A DNA stretch of 63,970 bases, filler included, from Octopus bimaculoides (taxonomy: Eukaryota), in the NCBI RefSeq assembly GCF_001194135.2. It is 6 parts of 6 records of this genome, joined end to end, with 100 filler letters (N's around TTAATTAATTAA, not from the genome) between each part and the next. Parts side by side here need not be neighbours in the genome. Positions count along the whole stretch, not along the records: positions 49,372 to 53,397 come from NC_068985.1; positions 53,498 to 59,121 come from NC_068988.1; positions 59,222 to 62,829 come from NC_069007.1; 3 more parts are not named here. One strand, 5' to 3'. Shown here in pieces: positions 49,611 through 62,278 of this stretch (position 1 is its first letter; the number at the start of each line of letters is the position of its first letter). Under the pieces are notes generated by a model, which worked only from the letters and a program-made list of their open reading frames with translations, was not told the DNA's origin and ran no database searches. The position numbers and the translations under genes are program-made.

Positions 49611-52600
49611 TTACATGAACGATTATATATAAAGAAGACGCTGCATATTTCCTTTCAGTTTTGAAACAGCAAACTGTGAGGAGACGACTGCGTAAGATGT
49701 GTAAGTGTTCTTTGACTTCTGGTTTGCAACAGACAAATACTGCTATCTGTGAAGATCTACACTGTGTGCTATATGGATAGAAACTTAAATGTGAAGGAGA
49801 CCATGAACTCACGTTTACAGAAGAGGCAAATATGGAATATAATTTTTAGCAGCAAAAATACTGAAATTGTGAAATAAAGTTCAAGGGAATTTGTAAAGTT
49901 TGCAGTATGTACTGCCAGTCAATTTCTGCCAATACAATGACTGTATTAGCGTAGATTGGATGTGGGAATTGATATATTCGTGCTAGGAAAAAATAGTATG
50001 TATTGCGTTTAGATGATTCATAAATCAACAAAAAAACAAGAAATAAAAGAAAGGAAAAATAGGATATATAACATGGAACAGAAATATATAGTCGGCAAAT
50101 TTATTTCTGATAGAAAAACTTTGAAAATTGGGATACAGGGAGTGTTTTTGTTATGATATAAGCAATCTCATACAAGGCTCGATTCTAATATAACTGATGA
50201 ATATATTGGATGGAACATAAAGGATTTAAAACAACCTCAAAGTTTACGTGGTATTAATATTGATGTTACCAGCACTTTACCAGTAAGCTCATTGAAAAGA
50301 TTAGCAGGAACATGCAAGAAATGCATTAACAACCCTTGTGCACAGCTACTTTGCAGCTGTTATCTTAATCTCTCCAAGAGCAATAGATCTCAATATTAGT
50401 GTATATTTCCAACATTTCTACAGATCCATTGCAAATAGCTTACATGATGTTTTTGTAGCTAATGCAATCATTATTAGACAAAACATATCAAGGTCACGTG
50501 ACTGGATGAATTGAAATATGAAGTATTATTACCGTTTTTTTTTAATCCTTTATTCACATATTTGTGTTAGAAGGGATTGTAAATATCAATATTGCCGAGT
50601 AACATTATGTGCCTTTGCTAAGCGCACGAAACAGTACTAATAGATTAATTTTGTCTTACATTATTGAATATACAATGAGGATTCATGTGTGAGTGCATCG
50701 GCTGTAAAGAAATTCTGGAACAATTTGTCCAAGAAACTAAATGCAAAATTGAAAGGTCAGCGCAATAACGAGTTAAAATTTGAGAATTTCTATTACGAAT
50801 ATTCATCAATCAGCTTGATATGTTTACTAGAACCAGGGATTGTTTTGTGGTTTGCTGCTTCATGATTAAACCACTCTCCACACATTAATAAATGGAACAT
50901 CGGCACTTACCACGCTGATCATCTCGACATATTCTATCACGAATGTTGGATGTGCCAGTTACTGACACCGTGTCTTAATTTCTTTGCTCATGCCTCTTAC
51001 CTTGTTTCGAAATATAGTGAAATATGTGTATGGATAGATGTGTTTTGTAGAAAGTAAAAGTATAAACTCACAAAGACTGAACATACAGACTCTGATCACT
51101 GACCAATACAGAGTAAACTATAGAATCGCGGCTAAAAAACAGATGGGCTGCTTTGGAAGCCAATGTGCCTGTTTTACATACTCAAGGAATGTTTAAACAC
51201 CGCCGCTCAGAAAACATATCGAACGTTAGAACGAGTAACACATAAAAAAATAGATGATAAATGAGATAGAAATTTGTCATGAGAAAGAGAAAATTAAGAA
51301 AATTAATAACTAAAAGTATCAAGAACGGAATAAAAATCTGAAAGGGAAATGTGATCAGGCAAAGACTTAGTAGATGGTAGAGGATACTCATGAGGCAAGA
51401 AACTGATTCCACGTGATTCCCATACCAAGCATTAAAAAGCAATTAAAATAGAAACAAATCTGTTATCTGCAGAATAATATAATAAGTGAACAAGATATCT
51501 GAATGCATCGGAAGCGGGTAACTGCAGATATTTCAGAAAGAAAATGAGGTTGATGCGTGTAATACTATATGATCTGTCTATCCAAATCAAAGAGATTTCA
51601 CTTAATGTAGCTTCAAGATGTATCTGAAACTGTTCGTTGGCAAAACTTTCGTGGCCTTCATTTGGTTCATATACATTACTGTTCTTGCCGATTTGTTTTG
51701 TTTTCGCCACGCTTTTGCTCGAAATCATACGTTTTTACTTGCAAATAGCTGATGATTCATTTTGTGTGTTTGAAATATAGAGAAAAAAATAGTGTATCTT
51801 TTTTTCTTAAACTACAACTCTAATTCTGTTGTTATCGCAAACTAAAAACAAAGGTAAACGCCACGGGAAATAGAAAGGAATTAACAAGCTATGAACTTGT
51901 CTTTGGTTTTCCTGAAGTTTGAAACCGCCTGAGAATCCCAAAATAAATCTAAAATTATTTAAGCATGAAGTTACCGCTACCACATTGCTGGGAACACAGC
52001 AATAAAGGTAGTCCAAATCCTTTCACAAAAAAAGCTATGATTAGTAACTATGAAAGAAAACATTTATATTTTATCTGGATTGATTATAAAATAGCTTTGA
52101 TCATAACCCTGCAATTCTAGATCATCAAATGCTTAGTAATTCTCAAAATTGCCTTTTGCATCAAGTCCTATCAAAGAATTAATATGAAGCACTTGGTGGG
52201 ACAGTACTCACATACTGCACTGAGAAACTTCGAAAGCAAAGAGAAATGGTAAGATATATTAAAATGACTACATATCTACATGATGTATATAAAATCAAAC
52301 GAATCCCATATATTTAAAAAGCTCACGGCAGGGACATGAATGAAGATAAAGTGTACAAAGTCTATGCAATGTATTATTTGTCGTTTGCCTGAAATTATTC
52401 AATATAAACGAAAAACAACGTAATAATTTTATTACAATTGCACGGATATTCGTTGAGGATTTGATAAATTAGAGTATCCCAAAGTATGCTATCATGTTTA
52501 TGATCAATAATAAATGTGTGATATGAGTAATTTAGCTTCTTACAGGTTAAAATACAAACCAAATTCAAAAGGCGACCCGGTCCATCTAAATAAACGCACA

Positions 52601-54083
52601 AGACGCAGATAGCATAGAAGGCAATAAGGAAATGAGAGTGACAAGGAATAAGAGTAGCTAAGCAGTGTAGAGCATTAATAGGAAGCCTATAGAGTTTCAC
52701 AAGAAAGGAGCAAAAAATTGTCTTCATAGAGTGTATATGAAAGCGATACGATGATAGTATCTAACAAAATGTTTCACAGTAGTTACTTTCGGCAGTCTAC
52801 ATTCTGCTACCAGCGTTAGAAAATTATTATGACTAGAAGAATGACCGCCCTCATATGTGATACCAATATCTAATAAGTTTTATATTTTACGTCTAATTAT
52901 TTCTTTGTATAATACTGCTCATTTGCTTAGCAAATATTGCTTTCGTCATTTTATCACAGTTATAATCTCTCTTTTTTAAACAAACATCAAGGTAGTCCAA
53001 CAACAGAGGGAGAGGCAGTTTATCACGTTTTACTTTCACCTCAATGCAACATAGCAGCAGCCCTTCTATAAGCTTTGCAGTGTGTGCATGACAGAGAGAG
53101 AACATTGCAAACAATGAATGAAATAAACATGAAATGAAAAATTCGTATAAATAAAAGGGTATTACTACAGATGTATACGCCCCCAAATTTGTTGCCTCAT
53201 AATATCCAGAAAAATGGATACTTTTTAACAAACTTTTCTACAAGTACCGCTTAGATTTTGTGGCTTCAGAGTACATAGGGATTATGTAAAAAAAATTTGC
53301 GAAGGCATGGGGAGACATGTTTCAGAAAATTCACACAATCTGACTTTTTTCCCTCATAACTTTCAGGAAGATGGGTATCTTTTAATGAAAATTTATANNN
53401 NNNNNNNNNNNNNNNNNNNNNNNNNNNNNNNNNNNNNNNNNTTAATTAATTAANNNNNNNNNNNNNNNNNNNNNNNNNNNNNNNNNNNNNNNNNNNNTTC
53501 GATTTCCACTCATTTAATTATTTATTTATAAATAATTAAATGATTAAATAAGTGGAAATCGAACCGGTGTGTGTGTAAAATAATAAGGGACTACAAAAGA
53601 ATGACTCTCTCCAGACACAATAAAATATACTCCAACACACGAATTCACATAAAGAATCTTGCAAACCAAAGACAAAAACGAAGTATGTATCCGGTTGAGT
53701 AAAAAGTAAGCAACGTTTTGAACCATGAAAATTTGTACCGGATTTTTACAGTTTTGAATTTTTTTTAAAAACATTTTTTTGCAATTGTCTGATAATACAG
53801 ACATAGACTTACCCAAATGCATCACTAAATTAACACTGATTTTTTCTTCATATTTGAAAAGTGGTAAAAGTTTTGCGGACGTGACCTGAGTTGAGAAGGA
53901 AGGAATATATTTTAATATGCAGGAGTTTAAAATGTACAATGATCTAATGAAAAGGTGGGTACGAGGTGGTACTGACTCCTCCCAATGAAGCCACGAAAGA
54001 AACGGAGAGAAAAACAGTAATATTCAAATCATTTTTAAAGACAGAGAAAAGGTAGGGATTGCGTAGAGAAAAGAAATCGAGAA

Positions 54084-55127
54084 GTGTTTGGTACCCATCT
54101 GGCCGGAAATAACTTACCTGGCCAGAGGTGCCAAATGTGCCACAGTGGAGGTGAGGTTCTCATCAGGGGAAAAGGTCAGGGAACACTCGTGGCTTCATTG
54201 TCTTCGGACAATATCATCCTCCTACTATCATACCTTGGAAGACGGGCTTCCAGGGTGAGGGTGGAGGAGATACCATCAGAGGTGGATGTTGCTTGGTTAG
54301 TGGCGGCGATAGTGTTGGGCCTGTAGGAGAAGGTCACAATCCTCCAGACCGTGAGAATACCTCAAAGGAACAGGCTGGAGCAAGGCCTGGAAATAGTTAA
54401 CCAGGCTACCGCAGAAGACCTAAATATTATCACAGACACCATATTGGTGGATGATAGGAAACTGAGGGTAATGATGGAGGGCAGGAAGCCTAGGTGCTTC
54501 AAGTGTGGCCAAAAAGGCCACATTAGAGTTTATTGCCCTCCTCCCCCTGCAAAAGTTACAATGACTATATCGATGGAGACCACAATTCCACCCGTTGAAG
54601 CATCGAAGTCGGAAGGAATACACGAACCGCGGGAACAAGAGGAAATAACGGAGGAGTGGACAGCGGTTAACAGGAAGAAAAACAGAAAGCGGCAGAAGAG
54701 AATGCACACCAGTGATGGGGATCTCCAACCCGCTTCCGTCCTAACCCCAACATGTCCTATCCCAACCTGCCCTTCCCTCGTAGACACCAGCCCTCGACAT
54801 TCCCCACCAAACGCTGACCCTGCCCCACCAAAAACCAAGCAGCGTGTGGGGGGAAAAACCTTTGTGGTATATAGTAAAGAGAACAAGAACTTAGTGAAAA
54901 AGCTTTAAAATATAAACAAACCGATAAAGATTGACATTTCTGAGGATTACCCACCTCATATGGAGTGGGTGCTCGTTGATAGTGAGCACATTCAAGAACT
55001 CAGAGAGGTGTTTAGGAAGGAAGACTGTGATTTGGGGGAAGAAGTGGATACTGTTGGACTAAAAGATATGGTAAGGTCACATGATTTGTTTAAACGGTTC
55101 AAACGAGAACTGTCTCATCCAAAATAG
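54084..55127 (+). mobile_element. L1/Tx1-like ORF1 (gag-like) pseudogene
   Basis: One frame with stops at 54324 and 54906; CCHC knuckle EGRKPRCFKCGQKGHIRVYC; natural stop at 55125-55127; then a gap. Confidence 0.7.
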
Positions 55128-56440
55128 ACTATAAAAGAATTCAATGAGGTCGCTCGGGGTGTGGAGTAGTTCGAGTCGTCNNNNNNNNNNNNNNNNNNNN
55201 NNNNNNNNNNNNNNNNNNNNNNNNNNNNNNNNNNNNNNNNNNNNNNNNNNNNNNNNNNNNNNNNNNNNNNNNNNNNNNNNNNNNNNNNNNNNNNNNNNNN
55301 NNNNNNNNNNNNNNNNNNNNNNNNNNNNNNNNNNNNNNNNNNNNNNNNNNNNNNNNNNNNNNNNNNNNNNNNNNNNNNNNNNNNNNNNNNNNNNNNNNNN
55401 NNNNNNNNNNNNNNNNNNNNNNNNNNNNNNNNNNNNNNNNNNNNNNNNNNNNNNNNNNNNNNNNNNNNNNNNNNNNNNNNNNNNNNNNNNNNNNNNNNNN
55501 NNNNNNNNNNNNNNNNNNNNNNNNNNNNNNNNNNNNNNNNNNNNNNNNNNNNNNNNNNNNNNNNNNNNNNNNNNNNNNNNNNNNNNNNNNNNNNNNNNNN
55601 NNNNNNNNNNNNNNNNNNNNNNNNNNNNNNNNNNNNNNNNNNNNNNNNNNNNNNNNNNNNNNNNNNNNNNNNNNNNNNNNNNNNNNNNNNNNNNNNNNNN
55701 NNNNNNNNNNNNNNNNNNNNNNNNNNNNNNNNNNNNNNNNNNNNNNNNNNNNNNNNNNNNNNNNNNNNNNNNNNNNNNNNNNNNNNNNNNNNNNNNNNNN
55801 NNNNNNNNNNNNNNNNNNNNNNNNNNNNNNNNNNNNNNNNNNNNNNNNNNNNNNNNNNNNNNNNNNNNNNNNNNNNNNNNNNNNNNNNNNNNNNNNNNNN
55901 NNNNNCAAAGAATGACCCTTCATCAGTTGTTGGCTGTTTTTCTACTCTCGTATTTCAAGCATTTAACAAGATACGCTTTCGATAAAACAGTTGCTCCCGC
56001 AAAGCAAATTAAATAAAATTTGGGATTTTCCAGAGGGTCAAAATTGCTAACACAAACAGGACAGTGAAGACAAACAGGAAGAGCTGCTAAGCCTAAACGA
56101 GGTTGTGGTGGCGAACGCGTAAATCAAGCTTGGACAGGAGACAGACAAGAATACGTCTTCCTTGATCCAGCTACAACGGAGAGAAAGAAAGAAACACAAG
56201 TTAGGAGAAGAAAGATAGCCGATAGTCATGTGGGAGCCACGTGAGCAAGGGAGGAAGAGTGAGGGAGAGAGAGGGTAACAGAAAGAGAACTGTGAAGAGG
56301 AGACGAAAAAATTGAAGATAGGATAAGTGAGAAAAAAAAACAGGCGAGGGAGAAGAGGGGCTAGAAAAATAAGAGAGAAAAAACTAAATAGTGTAAGATA
56401 GAATAATGGCCGTTAGATTCACTTCAACATTTAAATGTAA

Positions 56441-56491
56441 TTTGTTAAAATATTTTCGTCGCTTTGAGACTGCGACCTGTTCACTGACAAA
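56441..56491 (-). ncRNA. Minimal type I hammerhead-like motif with G3:C8 core swap
   Basis: UUUGUCA-GUGAACA-G-GUCGC(9 nt)GCGAC-GAA-AAUAUU-U-UAACAAA. Confidence 0.5.
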
Positions 56492-56709
56492 ATTCCGTGC
56501 TGCATCTGAGAAAGTAACAGTTAGTTTATGATATGTATGTATGTATGTATGTATGAATGGATGGATGGATGGATGGATGGATGGATTATGTATGTATGTA
56601 TGTATGTATGTATGTATGTATGCATATACGTTTGTATGTATGTATATCTGATATATTGTCAGCTTCATAACAAGCTTCAGCTACAAGTTAATTTATGCTT
56701 TGTCTAGAT

Positions 56710-57044
56710 CAAGGGTTTTCAACTGGGGTCCATATAAGATTGGGGGGGGGGGATCCACGCAACACAATAGTAAATTGGAAATCCACAATAGTATTTTAAG
56801 GGCCCCTGAAAAGATTTTGCTTTAGATGTATGTAATGGTATGTATTGCAAGAAACAGCTAGGTTTCCCTCTCTAACATTTTACATAGTTCAACTTACAGA
56901 AGTTAATGTGTGAAAAACAAAATTGGAATTTCGAAAGAAGTATCTATAAAACTAGTTTTCAAATGCCGAATGGCAATGGTGGTCCACCAGAATAAAGTAG
57001 CAACCAAAGGAATCCATATATAAAAAAATGGCTGAGAACCCTTG
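56710..57044. mobile_element. hAT (Buster-like) MITE
   Basis: TIRs caagggttttcaac / gctgagaacccttg; TSD GTCTAGAT / GTCTAGAG (7 of 8). Confidence 0.75.
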
Positions 57045-57099
57045 GTCTAGAGAAATGTGTTGACCACTGGGCTCTCACAGGCTCTCGAGTATCAGTGAG

Positions 57100-57430
57100 G
57101 TAGATGAGGTGATGTTGCTTTTAAACAACTGCAAATATTCTGTTGCAGGAAATGTATGGGAAAAGAGAGAATTTTAAAGGTATGATTTTCTGGGGACGAA
57201 GGACAAGCCGTAGTGGTTAGTACTGACCCTGGCGTTGAACACAGTAGGGTTAAGAAAGAGGTGGAGCGAACGAGGAGAGGAGACAAGTAAGTTGTGAGTA
57301 CCATAGTAGTCTATTCCAAGGATCCAAGGCCATTGTTGTAGTGCTTAAAAAGACGAAGAGAGGAAACTACGTTTGTGGGCCAGAGATTGAGATGTACTGA
57401 TGAGTGGCTTAATGGCAATTAGTTGAGAAG
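57100..57430 (-). mobile_element. Decayed CR1/L2/Jockey-group LINE 3' fragment
   Basis: Frameshifted SLAHKRS.., RST.., RVSTNHYGLSFVPRKS motifs. Confidence 0.5.
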
Positions 57431-58307
57431 TTTCTGGAGGGTGCATTTTCGAATGTGCATTTTCGAATGCAAAAAGAACTATTAAACAACTTTATCATTC
57501 TATTTTCTGGCATTTTAAAATCGTTAATATAAAGTTTGAGATTTGGTTTCTATTTCTAGCGTGTCCAGTAATCATGGAGAGGTTCTCTACTTGGCTCAAT
57601 CTATTTCATTACTGCCTGTGATATAGCTGCCGCCATAGTTTATATGCGCACAGTAAAGGGTGCTTCTAAGTGGTTGCTCAACCTTCAAAAAATAGCAACC
57701 AAATATCCCTCAGATCACAGTCTTCACACTTAGGAAAGAGAGCACATTGAATAATATAGTCCTATATACGCTCTAAAAAGATTGCGGTTGTCATGACTTT
57801 GATTATAGGTCTGTTTAATCGGAATTGATCTTGGGATAAACACCTCAACAATGTAGTGACTACAGTAAATTCCAGAATCTAAGGACAATGGTGGTGTCTG
57901 TGTCAGTAAAAATTAATCTATCAAAGTTTGTAGATAAAAGAAAATTGCCGTGACTTCTTAGCCAGCCTTACATTAGCCTCAACATTTCCCTCTTTGAAGA
58001 ATGACAAATATCCAAAACGTTGGACTTTTCAATCTGCGCGGCAAATCAGCCCAGTGTAATTTTATTTTAATCTCTGAATTTTAATGGATTTAGTGATTAT
58101 TTAATGTTTATTCTTTAACCCATCTAAATTAACCAATATAGCTTCACCCGTTAGAAATAGCAGCCAACTCTCCCTCACTTCATACCCGTTTGCCGTGAGA
58201 AAATGCGTACGTAGGATAATATTGTTCTGTGTTCCATGAATATTGGGTGAGGAGGGGTGAATAAAGGGTCGTCACTTGCGTCTCTCGGGGCCGATTTGGA
58301 GTTAAAA

Positions 58308-58555
58308 CATGGCTTTGTGGTTCGGGTGTTGCACTTATGACTGTAAGACTGTGGTTTCCATTCTTGGGCCGGGCAACACATTATGTTCTCGAACGAAACA
58401 CTTCATTTCACGTTGTTCCACTCCATTCAGCTAGCAAAAATGAGTAATCCTGCGACGGACCGACGTCCCGTCCAGAGGGGGAATATATACGCCATGGAAA
58501 CCGGGAAACCGGCCCTGTGAGACTATATGACTCTGGAAGAAGCTTTATTCTTTAC
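58308..58555 (+). mobile_element. SINE family E (tRNA head, CORE-like then V-like segment)
   Basis: cctgcgacggaccgacgtcccgtccag segment; a related head lies on the minus strand at 20990-21035. Confidence 0.6.
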
Positions 58556-59819
58556 TAATGGCTTAAATGGCCTTGCTCATAGATTTGCTTGATCAGTACT
58601 GACTTGGAGTTAAGCAACAACAATCAGTGGTAAAAGGATTTGAGCAGCAAATTTGTCCGTTGAACGGAAGCTAAGTGAATTGCTTTACTTGCCGTCGATT
58701 GCCCAACAAGTTACTGCTTAACTTGAACTAACCTGAAGTCTCTACAAAAGCAACGGCAACAATAGCAATCTAGTTCTTCCCAATTTTGTCAGTTATATAG
58801 CAAATTTGTTTCGACTCATTTCAAATAACAACACATTGTGCTCATGCTTGCTCTCTAATAATGAGGCAAGTTAGGACATTGTATAGAACGTGTGGTGACT
58901 CGTTAAAGCTAACAAAGAATTCTATTGAAAGCATGAAATGTCAAGGACATGGCTCTCGTGTATGTGCGTGTGTATGTATGCGTGCATGTGTTTGTGTGTG
59001 TGTGTGCGCGTGTGTATATATGTGTGTGTATATAATATACATGTACATATATATATGTATGTGTGTGTGTATGTCTGTATGAATATACACGTGATTTATT
59101 TATATATATATATATATATATNNNNNNNNNNNNNNNNNNNNNNNNNNNNNNNNNNNNNNNNNNNNTTAATTAATTAANNNNNNNNNNNNNNNNNNNNNNN
59201 NNNNNNNNNNNNNNNNNNNNNTATATATATATATATATATGTATGTATCATACACATATGCTCACAGGCATGCACTCACTGAAACACCCACACGTATATA
59301 CTTGTAACTTTTTTAATAAACAGACTCTGAGCGCCACTGTGAAAGCTATCACAGTGTTTACACCACAGGTAGATGTATCGCTGGTTACTATTTATAACGC
59401 ATACAATCTAGTACAACGCTACTTCATTAATTGCTGAAACTCCCATAACGTGAATTGATTAATAAGTTAATCAAGGTGCAATTCAGAACAGTTTTGGGTT
59501 TACTTTTACTTAATAAACATGAAACTTTAGCCAAGTTTTAAGCGACACTTCTCTCTGTGGACGATTAAATGAAATTCTTCTCTCTGATGAAGCCCTACAA
59601 AAAACAGAAACTATTCATTTTTACGACCTGTGATTTAGTAGTGTAATCATTTTACTCGCTTTTTCATAAAGAGGCCACAACTTTGTGTCTGTTTTAAAAA
59701 GCATGTATGTTAACATTTTAAACTATCCTAAATCGCTGCCTAATGCATTCGTGTGTATGCGCATGGGTGTATGTGTGTGTGTTTGTGTGTGTACATGTGT
59801 AGGTATATATGTATATAGG

Positions 59820-59888
59820 TAGGTAGATAGGGAGGGAGGTATGTAGGTAAATGAATAAAATGGTAGACAGACAGACAGACAGACAGAC

Positions 59889-59922
<34 letters not shown>

Positions 59923-60008
59923 GTCGAAAGATAGATAGAAATTAAGATAGAAAGATGGATAGATAAATAGATAGATCGAAAAATAGTTACCTGTTAAGAC
60001 AGGCAGAC

Positions 60009-60066
<58 letters not shown>

Positions 60067-60124
60067 CCAGACAGACAGACTGATAGGTAGATAAATAGAT
60101 AGCCAAAGAGACAGACAGACAAAG

Positions 60125-60181
<57 letters not shown>

Positions 60182-60182
60182 T
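59820..60182. repeat. (GATA)n/(GACA)n compound microsatellite
   Basis: Direct reading. Confidence 0.95.
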
Positions 60183-60198
60183 CAACAAGGAAATGGTT

Positions 60199-60244
60199 GA
60201 CAGTAACTTTCAAGTTTCGGATTGTTTGCCTTCATCAGAGTGTC
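60199..60244 (-). ncRNA. Type I hammerhead-like motif, canonical core
   Basis: GACACU-CUGAUGA-A-GG(8 nt)CC-GAA-ACUU(GA)AAGU-U-ACUGUC. Confidence 0.5.
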
Positions 60245-60828
60245 TGCTAATGGTGAGAAAGCTGAAACTTCGAAGTCACTTATTCTTGTAAAAGTAAACT
60301 TATATGTACTCTACTAAAAGTATTGGATAATCCATCTGTTTAAGATTGCGGAACCGCTCTGTTACGTGGACGTAAACAAACACCGATTATGAAGCGGTGA
60401 TGGGGAACAAACACAAACGCATGCATGCACGCACGCGCACACACTGACACACACAAACACACGGGATCAAAATTGATAGATCGGGTTAGGATACATAAGC
60501 AACAAATCTAAAATTTATCTCTTAGAAATATTCCATGTAGTGACCAGACAGACATCTGATCAAACGGAAAATTCAGGAAATTTTCAGAATAGAGTAAGAA
60601 AAGAATCAACTCCGAAAGGCAGAAAAGAAATCTTTATAAGAATTCTAAAGCCGAAACTAAATCTACTTCTATACGGATTATCTCAGAGCACGTGTTTCAA
60701 AATTTAAACAGGACATCGCTTACGCACAAGAAAATCATTCTTCCAAAAAATCGTATTATCCTGAGTTTTTTTTAAAAAGATTTTATTAATATAATTTATA
60801 ATTTTTGATTTAAGAAAATCGTAATATA

Positions 60829-61218
60829 TGGCTGTGCGATTTTAAGAAACTTGCTTTGTAACCACGTGGTTTCAGGCTCAGTCCCATTGTGCGGCACCTT
60901 GAGCAAGTGTCTTCCACTACAGCCTTGAACTGACCGATGCTTTATGAGTGGGTTTGGATCATAGAAACTTTGTGGAAGCCCGTCGTATATGCATGTGTGT
61001 GTACGTGTGTGTATGTGTCTTTGTGTTTGTGTATGTCTCCACACCACTTCGCAACCAGAGTTGGTTTGTTTTCGTCCCCGTAACTTAGCGGTTTCAGCAA
61101 AAGAGACTGATAGAATGTATTCCAGACTTCAAAAAGTGAGTCCTGGAGTTCGATTTGTTAGACTAAACTCATCAGCAACGTGCCCCAGGATGGCTGCAGT
61201 CTAAAGACTGAAAAAGAG
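60829..61218 (+). mobile_element. SINE family A, full length, CpGs largely retained
   Basis: Family match across the whole length. Confidence 0.8.
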
Positions 61219-61567
61219 AATTATATATATGTGTGTGTGTGTGTCTGTATGTATGTAAGAATGTACAAATGTATGTATGTTTGTTGTGTATATATGTATG
61301 TATGTAATTATGTATGTTGTGAATGTGTGCATGTATGTAATTAAGTATATATGTATGTTGTGTCTGTATGTCTCTTCTATTTTTTAATTAAATAAATCTT
61401 ATATATAAAGCCGGTTTCCAACAAAGACAAAAGGCTCCATCTTTGGGATGCAGTTAAAACGAATTTACATGTAGAACTTGAGAAAATGTAGCATATGGGA
61501 ACCGGTATTAAGGAAGGATAGGAAAATATTAGATTTATAAACCCTAAAATTCATTCCATAGTTGCCC

Positions 61568-61756
61568 ACGGGTATGTGGTGTAGTGGTTAAGAATGCAGG
61601 CTACTAACCCCAAGATTCCGAGCTCGATTCCAGGCAGTGACTTGAACAACAACAATATCGGAAAATACCTTAGGAATGAGAACCCGGGTTCGAAATTTCC
61701 CCAGGACACCTATGTATACATATATATTCCCCAGGACACCTATGTATACATATATA
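61568..61756 (+). mobile_element. SINE family D ending in a 30-bp tandem duplication
   Basis: tRNA-like head; ttccccaggacacctatgtatacatatata at 61697 and 61727. Confidence 0.65.
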
Positions 61757-62056
61757 TGTATACATGCATGTATGTAACAGATAAGCCAGCACATTGAAGA
61801 TGTTGCTCTACAGCTAACCCTCAACATCCAAATACATGCAAAAGCCATTTACATGACGTAAAAAACAATGCAGGAAAAAAAGCCATTCTGAAAGTATTCC
61901 CTTCCCCCATACACGCATACAAACACACGTTTCACAATCCATTGTGTGTATATAACTGTCTATTGTTTTAATATCTCTCTTTTACAGACATATTCTCCTT
62001 CTCATCTTTCTTTCACCCTATCTCGCCTCTCTACCCCCTTCCCCTCTTCCCTATCT

Positions 62057-62105
<49 letters not shown>

Positions 62106-62243
62106 CTCTCTACCCACTTTCTCTCTATACTCTTTCTTGGTGTGATCGTGTATATACCCTGTTCTTGCTTTTCTTTCCATCTTTCTTTCTGCCTTTCTTT
62201 GTTTCTCTCTCTTTCTCTTTCTTTCTTTCTCTTTCTTTCTTCT

Positions 62244-62278
<35 letters not shown>

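Noticed and set aside
51182-51442. Hydrophobic minus ORF resembling GPCR transmembrane segments
   Set aside because: F/L/I richness is expected from AT-rich DNA; no receptor motif or clear splice boundaries.
59584-59615. CTGATGA..GAAAC hammerhead-like motif
   Set aside because: No stem II or stem I pairing; at most a heavily decayed relic.
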